Shown piece by piece: positions 38,101 to 51,100 of a DNA stretch of 64,000 bases. Location of the stretch: contig CM060731.1 of NCBI GenBank assembly GCA_030704615.1, positions 558,001-622,000 of the forward strand. Reading direction: 5' to 3'. The translations under genes and the position numbers were made by a program. The notes beneath the pieces are model-generated. The model was not told the origin of the DNA and did not search any database. It saw only the letters and a program-made list of their open reading frames with translations. This stretch comes from Takakia lepidozioides (Eukaryota > Plantae > Bryophyta). The first letter of the stretch is position 1. The number at the start of each line of letters is the position of its first letter.

Positions 38101-38888
38101 CCTCATGCAAAACAGATGTTCCGGACCTTCAAAGCCACACGACGTACACTGCTGCCCCTTCCAATTGTTGTTCCCAAGCAAGAGAGTCAAATCCAAGTGA
38201 CTGATATATGGCTTGCAGGGTGCTGGATAGGAAATCCCTTTCACTTATGAGCACGTTTGTGCATGATTCTGAATGAAAGACCAAATTCAGCTTCATGCCA
38301 CTGCATTTATCATGCAGAGGTACTGCCCTGAACCAGTGACACAGGAGATGTATCAAAAGTGAGTGCGTAAATACCTACAACTGAGGCCTCTTCAAAATCA
38401 TAATCTAATCCACATCTGCTCTTAAGCTTTCAGCCTGAAAAAAATGATGTTTCATCTCAAGCACTGAAACATTTCTAGCATACACTATATTCAGGCCACC
38501 TGAGAGCACTTTTTAGCCTGTTGGAGCCAGTCATCTGGGCAGATGCTTTGGCTAACCTCCTCTGAAGTGCAAACCGCACATCATGTGCTGGCCATCTATC
38601 GAGACACAACTTTTGAGCTTTTATGCCAGCCTGCTTCCCCTGCTGCCGCCCCTTGACTACCCTTGGTTTCGGAGCACTTGAAGCTGCAGAAAGGTGATAG
38701 CATTACAAAAGTGAGTATAGAATGAGGTCCAGCTTAGTTACATATTCAAAATAATTTCTGGAGGGGTTTAGCTGTGGGGTTTGGGGCTCCTAGGCACAGA
38801 GTAAGACATTCATGCCATCCCACCCTTTGCTCTACAGCTATTCAGGAAAGACATCTAGTAAGGCCATTCCATTGTGTGGAAATGCCAT

Positions 38889-40481
38889 TCAGATATAATA
38901 AACTCTGGAGCTAACTGTGAACACACCTTGTAGCCTCTGCTTGTAATCATGACAGGTGTGCTTGCTGGGAGTTGATCTAGCCAAACATTGGGGTCTCCCA
39001 TTTGCACAACCAGCATTCGGCTTTCGCCACTGCCAGGGAACTGGCGTGCCAACTCTACTTGAAGGAATGGGATGTTTCGAGCCCACCACCTTTGAAAGCG
39101 AACACTGCAATGACAAGTCTTGTTCACTACCTTCTGTCCCATCCTGCCAATCTTGCCTGAAAAAATTTCGCCTTCGACTTTGCACCCTTTCTGACCTCTT
39201 TCCCTTGATCCCCACTCTGCCCTTTCCAGCAGTCTCCAGCATAGCCATGTCCCCCTGCCTGGATTGAACACTTAATATCTGAGGTGGGTTGGGAGCTGAT
39301 GATATACATGGCCTAAGCGAACAGGAAAAGCCAACAACAACCTTATTAACGACTGACTCAGCTGCCCAGAACTCCCGTGCATCCGTGGTTGTCCTCCCCA
39401 TCTTTTCAAACCCAAGAAAGCTGCAGGCTAAGGCCTCCACAGAGCAGAAACTATCGGGAAGGGACTCGTTCCTATGCTTGCCAGTTCCCATCGCCTTCAC
39501 TAATAGGCTATTTGGATGCAGTAGCTGGGACTCATAAGCCCAGTATTTGGCTCCTGCCATAGCCATGGTTGTCCGCTGCCTCTTGAAAGCTCTTCTGGCT
39601 GTGTCATGCTCTACTTCTACCGACATGTCCAGACATATTTTCTTCTCCTCTGTAGAAAGTCCCCCTCTTTTTTTGTAGTGCTGTGCTGCACTGAATGGGG
39701 ATCCCAAGTACTCTAACTCATTCCTTGCTGTACTTTCGGGTGATTCAGGACAGCACACGGGTTTAAATACTCTAGCCTTCATCTTCCATGTGCTCTGTCG
39801 ATTTGTTGCCCACTCTCCTCCAGGCCTGTATGTGATTGACTTACTGCCCACAGCAGGCCCCAGTGTAGCAGAGACTGAGAAAGCTCTCATTTTTGTCCTC
39901 GTGCCTTGTGTCCTGCATATGTGCCGTTCTTCCATCTTTGCTACAGGAAGTGGAAACTGCAAATCAGTCCACACTTGCTCTGCCTTAATTATCAACAAAG
40001 GCATATGGCTTGGGACTAGAAAATGAGCAGTGGGGTCCAAGGATTGCTTGGTGGCCCGTTGACAAAGCACAAGGCTAGAAGCAAGACCACCCTCTCTAAT
40101 GTCAGGCAGTTGGACCTTAAAAGGCACACAGGTACGCATTGTACTAAAGACAAAGCTGCTGTCATTTAGTGTCCCAGATTGCTTGGACATCCCTACCCAA
40201 GGCAGCAGAACATCGGACCCTGCAGGCTTTACAGACATGCCTGCAGAGTGCCTTCCAATCACAGAGTACTTCCTGTCCGACATGAGTTCCCCAACCTCAG
40301 AGTGATGGTGGCTTACAGGTTGTACCAAACCTCGAGAAGTCTGGATAGTCAAGTCATCATGCGTATTATGGTCCGATTCGATCAACATCTCTTCTCTATC
40401 TTTCATTGGTCCCCCCACTGTCACCTGCATTACATCATGTTTTAGAAATGTTTTTTGAACCATTCCGTACGGGATTATCAA
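38889..40481 (-). other. Long low-complexity ORF (530 aa), possibly a detached 3' part of the SANT gene
   Basis: Open frame with no recognisable domain, on the same strand as and just downstream of the SANT exons, separated from them by stops. Confidence 0.3.
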
Positions 40482-40564
40482 ATACCACCCCCGAGATTTT
40501 AAGACCTCATCTCATAGAAACCGTTGTGAGAGTTCCATTTCTGTCACTGGCACATGTAGCAGCA

Positions 40565-43050
40565 TCAAAGGCAGGAACAAATGGCTGAGAGAATGGGCTG
40601 TGACTCGACACTCATACAAGCCTGTATCAGTGATAGGGCCTTGGCTCATGATCCCAAACAAAAAACAACTGCAGACATACTAATATTGCCTATTACCAAA
40701 AGTGCTTAAGACAAAGAACCAACAACAACACAAAGGCAGCTAGCATAAGCTCCTGTGGCAAGAGAGAGATGAGAGCATAAGACCATTTGTAAATCCACCA
40801 AAGAGAGATTGTTGTCCACATAATGAAGTTCTAAAATATTACATCACTGCTACTTACCAGGCACGGCAATGAACTGTTGCCAGATACAGAAATATTGGCA
40901 TCCCCCCCAGCTGAGTTTACTTGAACTTGAGAGCCGTCAGCCTGAAGGGTAGGCAGCCTGCTAAACTTGCTAAGCTTCCCTATTTCTGAGTCATCCTTTC
41001 CCAATTTCAAACAGGGAGACTGCTTTGTGTTCCATGGTTGCTCTGACTTTCGCTTCTTCCTGCCTTTATCAAAATGTGACTCCACAGAGCACTGGCTCTG
41101 TGAGACGCCATCAGGTCGGACTTCAGCATCCTCCTCATTTTCACAATTCCGAGCAGAACCCCCTTCTTCCACTTCTGGGGGGTCAAGAAGGCTGGGATCT
41201 GATGTGACTAGATTAAGCACTTCACTCACTGAATCATAATAGTGGACCCCCTTGACTGACGAGCCCTTTGAGAAGCCCTGCACGCTTGGACACACAAACA
41301 CGAGTGAGCTCTTCGGCCCAAATGAGCTCTGGCTCCAAATTTCCTCAGAATGCCACTTCCTGGCTAATAGGCGTGGCCACACAGCTTCCCAAAACAAATC
41401 ATTAGCACGAGCTTTGCTGATGCGAAAGTCTCCTGTGAGGAATTTCACAAGCTCCTCCTTGGATAACGTGGAGCAAGCCTTCCCAACAGGAATTTCTGTC
41501 CTCCCCCCAGCCCCGTGGCCACCCCGCGAAGGGTCTAGAGGGACAGATGTTAGGTCCATCTTGGGTGCACCTATCCCCACACACTCCACTAGGAGCTCCA
41601 ATCCTGCTACAGCCTTGAGTTGCGCCACAAAGTCCTCTAGTGGGACCGCCCCATTGTTGAATGCATTTATAGCCTGCCAACAAAAGCCATGGCAAACCCC
41701 CACTTTCAAAACCCAGATGATGTAGGTGCTGTCAACAAACTGCTTCTTGAGCAGCTAGTAGTGCTGAGGCATGTTATGAATTGTGATCTTTGTCAATGCA
41801 ATTACTTTTGGTCACATCAAATTGAATTACAGACATGATTGCTTCAGCTAAGCAAGCCTGAAGGGTTGGTCTCCCCAATGAAGTGCTTCATATCACTGGG
41901 TTCCCCTGGAAGCCCCAAACACATACAATGTTGCACAATGAAGTCGAATGTTTCTTACCACCAGAAGTTGGGGCCTTGCGGACTCTGGTAGTCTAGAAAG
42001 CATCCGCACCAACAGCTCCTGCTGCCGCCAACCAGACAAAATACGTGCCCCATGAACACTCTGCCTGCTCTGAGAATTTTTGGAGGATGACCACCTCAGA
42101 TATGTAGAGGTTCCATAAAATTGGCCATAGTAATAATGCAATATGTCCTTCATCTCCTTGTCTCCTACAAATCTTTTTACAACAGATAAATCTTTGCCAA
42201 ACAGATGAAGCCCTAGTACAAATGCAGCCACTTCTTTGTCAGTCCATGAGGCAGGTCCGCCGCCAGGCACAGTCCAGCTGTGAGCGCCTGTTCCTCCCTG
42301 TTGCCATGCCTCATCAAATTCCATATGCTTGCTAATTGAGTGTGCCCCTCTGCTACCTTTGCGGCCCTTTTCTACATGCATTCTCTTTGTCACTTTCACT
42401 CGCGCCCATCGATTTCCTCTCCTCTTTCTGTTCCTACCTCCACGAATTCCATCACCTAGTGACATACCTTTACAGCCTTTAACGTCCAATTCGGTAAATC
42501 TAACACTCATTGAGGTGGGCAGTTTGATTTTTGGAATTTCCAAAGCAAGGCTTGTATCAAATGAACTTCCTGATGGCTGTCTATCTAAGTCTAAACCGTC
42601 TCTATTTGGCTCCTGCGGACCCCACTCAGATTCGCTGAGGTCCTTCACAACCTCAGTCGAGATCATGGAATTGTCCACAGGCTTTAATTCCTCCTCCCGG
42701 CCCAACCTAGAATCAACTTCTTCCCGCTTGGTTCTCTCTCGAGGAGGCTCCCCACCGAGCTGTCGCTTTGTTGAAGCCAAAAATGAAAGGCGAGGAATGC
42801 ACATCACGGGCACCACTGGTAGGCCATCCGCATACAGTCGCTCCATATCTACATCTACGATTTCCCTGCGAAATTGTTGCCTGTAATCACAATGCCTGGT
42901 CTGACAATTATATCCTGGAGTCCCTGTGAAAGAAGGTACAGTTGCCTGATGCTTACGTCCGATCTGAGGCCATACGCGTGGACCGCCAGACATCACCGCT
43001 GAGCTGGATGAACCCCAGTGCGAACGACCCTTTGGGGAAACGGTCTCCAT
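40565..43050 (-). CDS. SANT-domain / ELM2-like chromatin protein (At1g09040/At1g55050/At2g47820-like)
   Basis: PQIGRKHQATVP; SWTDKE..FVLGLHLFGKDL..VKRFVGDK..ILHYYYGQFY; ANDLFWEAVWPRLLARKWHSE. Exons 43050-41959 and 41673-40858. The 3' end is uncertain. Confidence 0.85.
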
Positions 43051-43777
43051 GTTGTGTCTTCCCGGTCAGGCCTGGCGCCCCAGGTCCCTACCTTCGTCCT
43101 TATGCATTGAATCCATTCTTCGTTTACTGCTCCGAAGCTATACAAGTTCGCAATTATCGCCAGATTTGGAGGGATATCGCTCTAAGTTTCCATGCGAGCG
43201 ATCTAAGCTCCCAACCCCACTGCTAGAGCCGAATTTACTGAGGCATCTATCGTTCCAACCTCAATCCAGGTGTTGTTGACTGTTTCACCTTTCACTCACG
43301 TCTCTAACTTTATACATGTACTTGGAAAAACCCCTTCAACGTGCAGATAATTGCTCCTAGTGTGGGACCCCAAAACAGGAGACTGTGATGGCGCGATTGA
43401 GCTCCTTCCAGCACATCCTGGGCAATGCGGGGTGTGGAATTGCGCTTCCACTTGGGAAATGCAAAGATTCCTCTGGGAAACAAACATCCCAGCTCCTCCC
43501 GCGCAATGCACCATCCCCTCCTGCAGAACCCGCGATCCTAATCACCACATCCGTCCTCTAGCCATTGCCCACCCCCAAGCACGCTGCACGGCCAGGAGCC
43601 CAGCCGCCAGAGAGCAGACATGTCACATGCAGCCGTCATAAAGTTCTAGGGGGCCAGGCCAGCCATCCCCGCTTTCAAACTCTCCCCACTACCCGCTTGC
43701 ACCGGTCTAAGGGCGTCCCGGGGCCTAACGGGATGCCAGAATCGGCAGACCCGGCCCGTTCCCTGGCGTTTTAATAT

Positions 43778-43922
43778 GGGGCTGCATATTCTGTGCACAT
43801 ACGTACACGTATACTTGCAGAATCTGCTATCCTGGCAGATTACGTTGCTGAATCGGCAGTGGGGTTTGGAAGGCCGATTCTGCCGCATAATTTAGCCCTA
43901 AACCTGCAGAATATGCAGCCCC
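43778..43922. mobile_element. 145-bp element with perfect 16-bp terminal inverted repeats
   Basis: ggggctgcatattctg ... cagaatatgcagcccc. No TSD recognised. Confidence 0.6.
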
Positions 43923-44734
43923 GGATGGTAACGCAATGACAACGGCAGCATCTAGATGACAAATTTTATATGTAAGCTTAAGTCTTCAATAAAGCAAGCT
44001 ATTTTCAATGCAAGGAGAGAATGTGATGGGCGGCATAGGGATCGAAACGCCCTAATTACTCAACGTATTATTGTGGGAGCTTGTTGGTTGATCCACCTTG
44101 AACAGCAAGTAAAACCATAACCCGTTTTAGGACGAGTTTTGCCGACGTGTCATGGTTTTAATGGCTTTGAGGACACAAAATATAACCAATATTCTTCGCC
44201 CTTCAATTGTTTCCTACCTACCATCTTGCGAACGTGCTCAGCTCTGATTCGCTCTAAGGACGCTGGTTATAACTTGTAGTCATCGGCCTTCAAACATTCC
44301 AAACTGCGTGCCTCTAGAGAAAGTGGACCTCATAAAGTGATTGCTAATCCTTATTTAACAAGGTCAAAGAGAGAGGTAGGTAGAGAGATGGAAACAATCT
44401 AACGGCTCAACTTGTCCTAAAACCAGTTATGTCAAGTAGCCGGTGGGAGTTGCCAAGTTACCGGTTGAAATTGGCACAGTTTAGGTCATGTGGTGAAATG
44501 CCATTGCTTATGAGGATGAGCGCTATATTGGATAGGGAGCGCTCCTTGTTTTTTTGGATGCGACGTCACATATGTGGATGTAAAGTAGCCAAATTTGGAT
44601 GTAAAGTGCACTCATCATGAGAGAGCATGTCCAATAGAGTTGAAGAGGAGGGGGAAGTACGGGATGTAGCTGCCCTGGCGTCTGAAAGAAATAGACAAAA
44701 TCAAACCTGACAATTGATGAAGGGCTTCCCCTGC

Positions 44735-47700
44735 ATCATCATGTAGTCCCCTGATATTAGTATCTGGCCAAGGACACAACCCAAAAGCAAACCAATGATA
44801 TGTTCATCTTGAGAATTATCAAAAATAATATAGTTTCGATACCCTTACAAAGGTATCATGTTGAAGTTGGGATGTGTGCTCCATACAGAGTTTAACCCTT
44901 AAGTGCCCAAGCTCATTTTCACCCTTTGGTGGAAAAACTTGACCCTGGCCCACAAAAACTTTTTTATCTGGAGATTTTCTGTGTCCATGTAAAACTGACC
45001 GTTAGAATGACTTCCCACCTACCCCACCTCCTGCCACAAAAAGTTTCATCAAAATTGAACCGCCGGATGTGCAGATTATAAAGTGTAGAGTGGGGACAAA
45101 AACAACTCTCCTCTAAGAAATAGGTGCCAAAAAAAAGCAGTGTTTTAGCCAATACCCGGGCAGTTTTTTTTTTTTTAATTTTACAGTCTCAAGAATGTTG
45201 TTCTATACCTGATAACACACATCCTTTGCAGTGACAAAAGGGGGGGTCAAATTATGCCATTTTCTTTGGGCAGACCAAAATCTCTCTTCCAAATATTCTA
45301 CAAAACATTTCAGCCGTTCAATTCCTAATCCCTCTGGTTGAAGTGTCAATGGCATCCATGTGAGGTCCCCAAATTGTCTTGAGACCAATCGGTAACTGTC
45401 ATTGCATCTTTAGGTTCCCTGCCCAAGACTTCAAATGGCACACCTATGTTATAGCCTGCAGGCCTAGGATATTTGGAACCATAGCCCACAAGGGTAGAGG
45501 GTTTGGGAGCTCCTCTTGCTACCCTGCCCCTACTTTCTTGGGGCCCACTCCACCCTCTACCCTATGAAACCCCTGCCCCAGGTTCGGCCCACCCCTCATA
45601 ATGAGGGGTTTTGGACTTTGCCACCCCACATATGTATGGCCTACCCCTAACCGGAAATGCATCCCGGGTTTTGCAGATGAAGGTGATTTCACCGGAAATA
45701 CATCCCGGATTTTTTACTTTACCAGGATGTTTCCAAACAGTTGAATGTCAAACTGTAGGAACCCCTGAATTTGTCTAAGTCCCTTATGTACTTGTGTGCT
45801 TGAAGCCCCTTGAATTTGTTCCAAGTCCTTTGTGTGTCTGAAGCTCATTGAATTTGCTTACAAGTCCTTTGTGTGCTTGAAGCTCCTTGCATTGTTCTAA
45901 GTTCTTTGTGTGTTTTCATCTTGAAATTGTCTGTCATGCAAAGCTGCGAAGGGAAGTATACATCAATTCAAGGAGTTCTAATTTGTTCATGATACATACA
46001 TATGAACACTAGTTCAGCCAGGTGTTGAACTTGGTGATACATGCTTTTTGCAACCAGTCCTACACATCCCCCTACCATAACCCAGACTCGAGTGGGGATT
46101 GAACCCACACAAAAACTGCCCATCGCAGCTGAGCCCCCGCCCCCCTATCCCCACCACTACCATCCCACAGCCCCCCTCTCCCCCTCCCTCTAGCTATTGT
46201 TAGTGATCCTGATGTTAATGATTACTAGTCGCAGTAGACTGTCAAATTATCATGTCAAAAAGTCAGCCCCCTGTACATCACACCACCACCCTGTCATCAT
46301 AGACCAAAATAGGTGAAACATGATCGCCACAAAGCTGGCTAGGTTTAGTGGCTCCCAATGAACACAACATACAGTGCAGGCTGGAGACAGGGCTGGAGCC
46401 ACCCATAAATCGATGGCCAAATGAAATAAGCAGGCCACTTAGGCTCTCAGGAAGAAATCTCACCAAGGTTGAATCGCACGTCAGAAATGTTACCAAGAAA
46501 TCGATAAAACTCCATTTGCAGAAAGGCCAACATGCCAAGAACTATGACACCCATAATCAAAATTTGCAGGTCAGTTAGGTAGACAATCAGAAATTGATAT
46601 GTGCTTGAAATGTCACCCCAAATCGACTGAACCCTCAGGCTGGACAAATGCCATCGTGCCAGCAACCATGCAAATGACAGCCAAATGACCAAAAATCGCA
46701 TGAAGTAACCATGGATCCAACCATCGATGGCCAACATTGATGAGCAGGTCAGGCATGTCACCTAATAATTGATAGAACTTCAGCCCGCAGAAAGGCCAAC
46801 GTGCCAGGAACCATGACAGCGTGAATGAAAATTCGCAGGTCAGTTTAGTTCCACAATTGTAAATGTCACCCCAAATCGAGAGAACCCTCAGGCTGGACAA
46901 AGGCGAACATGCCAGACACCATGGAAACCTGGGCCACCCACAAAATCACGCCATAGGTGCTTCTCTCATGCTCGAGCAAAATCGATGGCCAAAAACCAGT
47001 GATGAAGTAACCATGATCCCACAAATTGATGGGCAATGAAATGAGCAGGTCAGTTAGGGTTTTTAGGAAGGAATGTCACCCCAAATTGACCGAACACAAC
47101 GCCAAACAAACGCATTGGGTGATTCTCTCATGCAAAAATCGTGCCACAAACATCCATACACCCCAAATGAAAGATTCCAAGCAATGCGCGCGAAAATGAA
47201 TGCCACTAGCTGCATCGCCGCCATACAATCCTCATGGGTGGGCTGCATTAGCACCAACACCCTACAAATTCAACACACACCCTGCAAACAGTTGGGCCCG
47301 CGCATAGGAGAGACCTCTCGAGCCCTGAGATTGTCGCCCTCGCCGCAAAGCTCCATCCAGCCCGCCAGCCACGGGCCCGAGGCGATGGCCGAAGCTGCCA
47401 TCACCGTCGATTCCAGGTTAGGGAATAGGCCTGGAAAATCCCAGACCTGCGTCTGCCGCCCTGCCCCTGTCGGGCATTCAAGGGGTTTGGGGAAGCGTGC
47501 CGCCCCATATTTTCTAGGGTATATTTCTTTCACCCTAACCTGACCCAGGTTGCCATGTCAGCAACTTGGGTAGGTTTGGGGGGCCAAAATGGCCTCAAAA
47601 AGCTGAGTTGGCCCCCTTCCCATTGGTCCAGACCCATACCCCTTAAAGCATTGACCGATTGGCCAATGCCGTATGAAGGGGGACCCGATTTTCTATCGAT

Positions 47701-48114
47701 TGAGCCCAAAAAAGGCCAAATCAGCCTTAACCACAAGAAGTTATGGTTGGTTAAGCAACCCCAAGCGACCCATTTTGGGCACTTAAGGGTTAATATATCA
47801 AACTCTTATACGTTGAAACTCTTTACATTGGTATCATATTTGGTATATGTACATAGCCATGTATTGGCACCAACATCCACAAAGAGGGACAATCCCGCTT
47901 TTAGGGCAAGGGCTTCGTGACTTCCTCTCTCTCTCTCCCTCTCTCGTTCTCCCTTAGGTTTATCTCGTGCTTAGGCCTTACCATGGGCAAAGGATAGACA
48001 GACTGGCAACATGTATTTTCAGCTTATAATTTTATATGCATATATGTATAATTTGAATATGTACATATATATACATATATATATTATATATATAATAAGT
48101 TAAAAATTATAGAT
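44735..48114 (-). mobile_element. Second copy of the 2271-2722 repeat, split by the piggyBac-type insertion
   Basis: 44735-44895 matches 2271-2436, and 47790-48114 matches 2433-2722. Confidence 0.85.
44896..47789. mobile_element. Non-autonomous piggyBac-type DNA transposon
   Basis: TTAA|cccttaagtgcccaa ... ttgggcacttaaggg|TTAA. The paralogous empty site at 2433-2436 has a single TTAA. Internal tandem repeats at 45762-45912 and 46400-47110. No transposase ORF. Confidence 0.88.
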
Positions 48115-51100
48115 TACAATTTCTCCGATCAAGTTTTTGATGCATGGCTTCACAAGGCCACATTCTGGAGCCAGGTTTGTTGCATAAACAAACACGTTTT
48201 GTTCTCTTGTTGGGCATCCTTGTGGGTTTCTGGTGGTTTACTGAAAGCAAAATATCTTGTCTCAGATGGAGAAAAGGGCTGTCTCTGTGCTAGCAAAATC
48301 CATGTCTGATTACAACATCGACATTTCTAAGCCTGTTGTCTCATTCAAGGCTTACATTCAGAAATGGAAGGCATAGTGTGGAAGCATGGATTCTGAAGGG
48401 AGTTTGATAAAGATGGAGATATCCTTCGTTCGCATGATTTCGGTACGCAATACAATGGGGAAGTAGCCATGAAGCGAGTTATGTACATGTATGCTAAACC
48501 CATGTTTTCATGTGGCAAGTTTATGCATGACAGTTGGGCAAGGGAATTGGGTGTTGAAGTGCTTAGGAGGATGCAGGCGCTTGTGTTGACGCGCAAGCAT
48601 CATCATAGGCACTCTAACACCCTCTAGTTTGCAGTTCAACGCTAATTGAGTAAACATTGTCGGTAGGAGGTGAGTAGGAGGTAAGAGACATTATGTGGGT
48701 GTTGGAGTGCCAGGCAGGATGTTTGTGTTAACGCAAGCATCTTTGGCACTCCAGCACCCTCTCTCTGCAGTTTCTCCTATGGGAGTTGAGTAGGAGCTGG
48801 GATTGTAAGAGTGTGTGTTGGAGTGCCAAGGATGATGCATCATCGCTAGCACTACAACACCCACTATTTTCAAGTTCAAACATTGCTTGCGTCAACACAC
48901 ACACTCTGAGGTGGCGGGGAACTGACAATATTGTTTCGGTGGGAAGCATGCCAGATCTAGGATGGTCATTTTCACACCATTTGTACTCTCCACAGTGCTT
49001 GCATCAACGTAAGCATCTTTTTGGTGTGTTCGCAACTCTGTTTGGCCTCTGTTGGTTCCTTATTCCATATGTGGCCTTCCTCTTGAAAGGTACATCTACT
49101 CAATACTCATTCCAAGGAAGATCATGAGTTTGTACCTGGATTTCATTGACACATGGGCCAACCCTTCCACGAAGAAAACAAGGTTTATCACAAGAATTCT
49201 GTCCGACTAGTCCAGGTCCCATTTCAAGGACTGTGGGTGGTACTTAGACTGCATACGGGAATATCAGACACCCATACAGGATAACCTCATGAGGAGCCTC
49301 AATGACAATGCTTCGGCAATTGCTCCCCCAGCCTCTCGGATGCTCAATTGCAGGAGAGAGATCTTGGGGCTCCCTGGTAGGGGGGAGACCACAAAAAAGT
49401 TGGAACAAAAGAAGGGGAAAGACCCCATAGCCTCCCAAATCCCTCCCAACCCGATCCAATACAAACTGAGGCTGCATAAAAACCGAAGAAGGACGAAAGG
49501 TAGAACTAAGAGCCATTGAACATCCATATGAGGCTTGTCCCCATCCAAGCAGAGTTGTTGGCAGTCAGTTCCAACATAAGACTATGAACAAATGTTTTTT
49601 GGACATGATGGCCTCTCGCGGGTGGGAGCCAAAATAGAGAAGTCAGCCACTTGGGAGAATTTATCCTCTTTCCTTACTTTGGTACAACCTCCACTATATT
49701 ACATTTTTCCGTTCTTTTCTGACATGTTTGTTTTTTCCTGTATAGAGGTGGGCTCGCTGGTTTCTATCATATGACGTAGGCTGCTAGAGATCCAGCATAG
49801 GTGAAGTGTGAGAAGAAGTCATTCGCAACCGAGAGCTCGTAATTGTGGACATACCTGATGGCCTCCCTGTTCCCGATGTCCCTCCACTTGGAACTACCCC
49901 TAGTTGGAATTCTTGGGTCGACTGTTACTGGCTATGGGTCTTCAAGTGGTTTTCTTGGCTGACAATGTAAAGTATTGCTATCAGTTGGCTAGTTTCCTGA
50001 AGTCCGCAGGCATGAAGATTATAAAAACGCGGAATGGCCCTTGACGAAGGGAACTTTCCAAGCCAAAAGGTTCTCTGTTCATTTCAAAATTTGTGTGCTT
50101 TCGGAGTTCCTGGAGGTTGTTTTGAGTTTCCACTTGCTGGTTTTAGGTTTCCATTTCATAGTTTCCATTTTCCATTTCGAGTTGCCAATTTCATGGTTTT
50201 GGAGGTTGTTTCGAGTTCACAATGTCAACCTTCTGGTTTTGTGCCCTCATGTATTTATTCCATGTGTTTTGTTTGCAGACCTGCGCTTTTGATGCACATT
50301 GTCTTGTGCGTATCCGGCCCCCTTCCACATGACCATCTTTCGTTACAGAGTTCACAGTTTGGGATGGGGGGGGGGGCAGGCATATTGATCCCACTTACGA
50401 TCTTGTAGATGATGACTTCAACTACAACTACGTTAACTCCAACGTCACGCCTCACATTGAGGCGGACATCGGGTGTTCCTTGGAGAGGTGCACGGGAGAA
50501 GAGTCCGGCCTTGATTCAAACTCTGATCGAGTCTTACAAGTAGCCTGCACGGCACACAAGTTGTTGACCTGACCTTGTCCACATGTACATAGCACTTCAT
50601 ATTTCAGTCTTGTAGTTTCGATTATGTAACTTTCAAGTGCCACATATCCCTCTGAGCTTTTTTCATTTGTTGTGTTTCGGTACAGGAGCTTCTTTCCATG
50701 CTTGCAAGGCAGCAGGGAGGTATATCTTTGCATTTGAGGGTGATGCAGATTTATATGCTCATGTCATAGCTCCTCTCCACGAGGGCTCTTCTTCTGGCAC
50801 ATAGATAGAGGATGTTGTCATTACCGAGCCCTTGTCACTGCAAGATATGGAAATTGAGGACCATTTCTTCTGTGAGTAAGTCTGCACCTCTTGTGGTTGT
50901 TCGTTTTGCGCCATCACACTGTTTGTTTGTTTTCGTTGTGGGCTCTCCTCAGCACTTCTAACATTGCACCGTTTTGGGAATTTTCATGCCATGTATTGCA
51001 GTAGTATTTCTCCATCCTTGCGGATTTTTATTTTTTTTGGCCAACCCAGACTTTTTTCCAAGTCCTCCAACTGCTTTTCGCTTGCCAGATTACACGGAGG

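Noticed and set aside
35890-38360. Several 100-170 aa ORFs between RABA5 and the SANT gene
   Set aside because: No domain recognised and no consistent exon chain.
42329-42886. Long antisense ORFs over SANT, LINE, copia and transposase exons
   Set aside because: These are shadow frames of real coding sequence on the opposite strand.
48120-48625. Decayed protein-coding fragment (MEKRAVSVL..ARELGVEVLRRMQ)
   Set aside because: It has stops and frameshifts and I could not identify a family.
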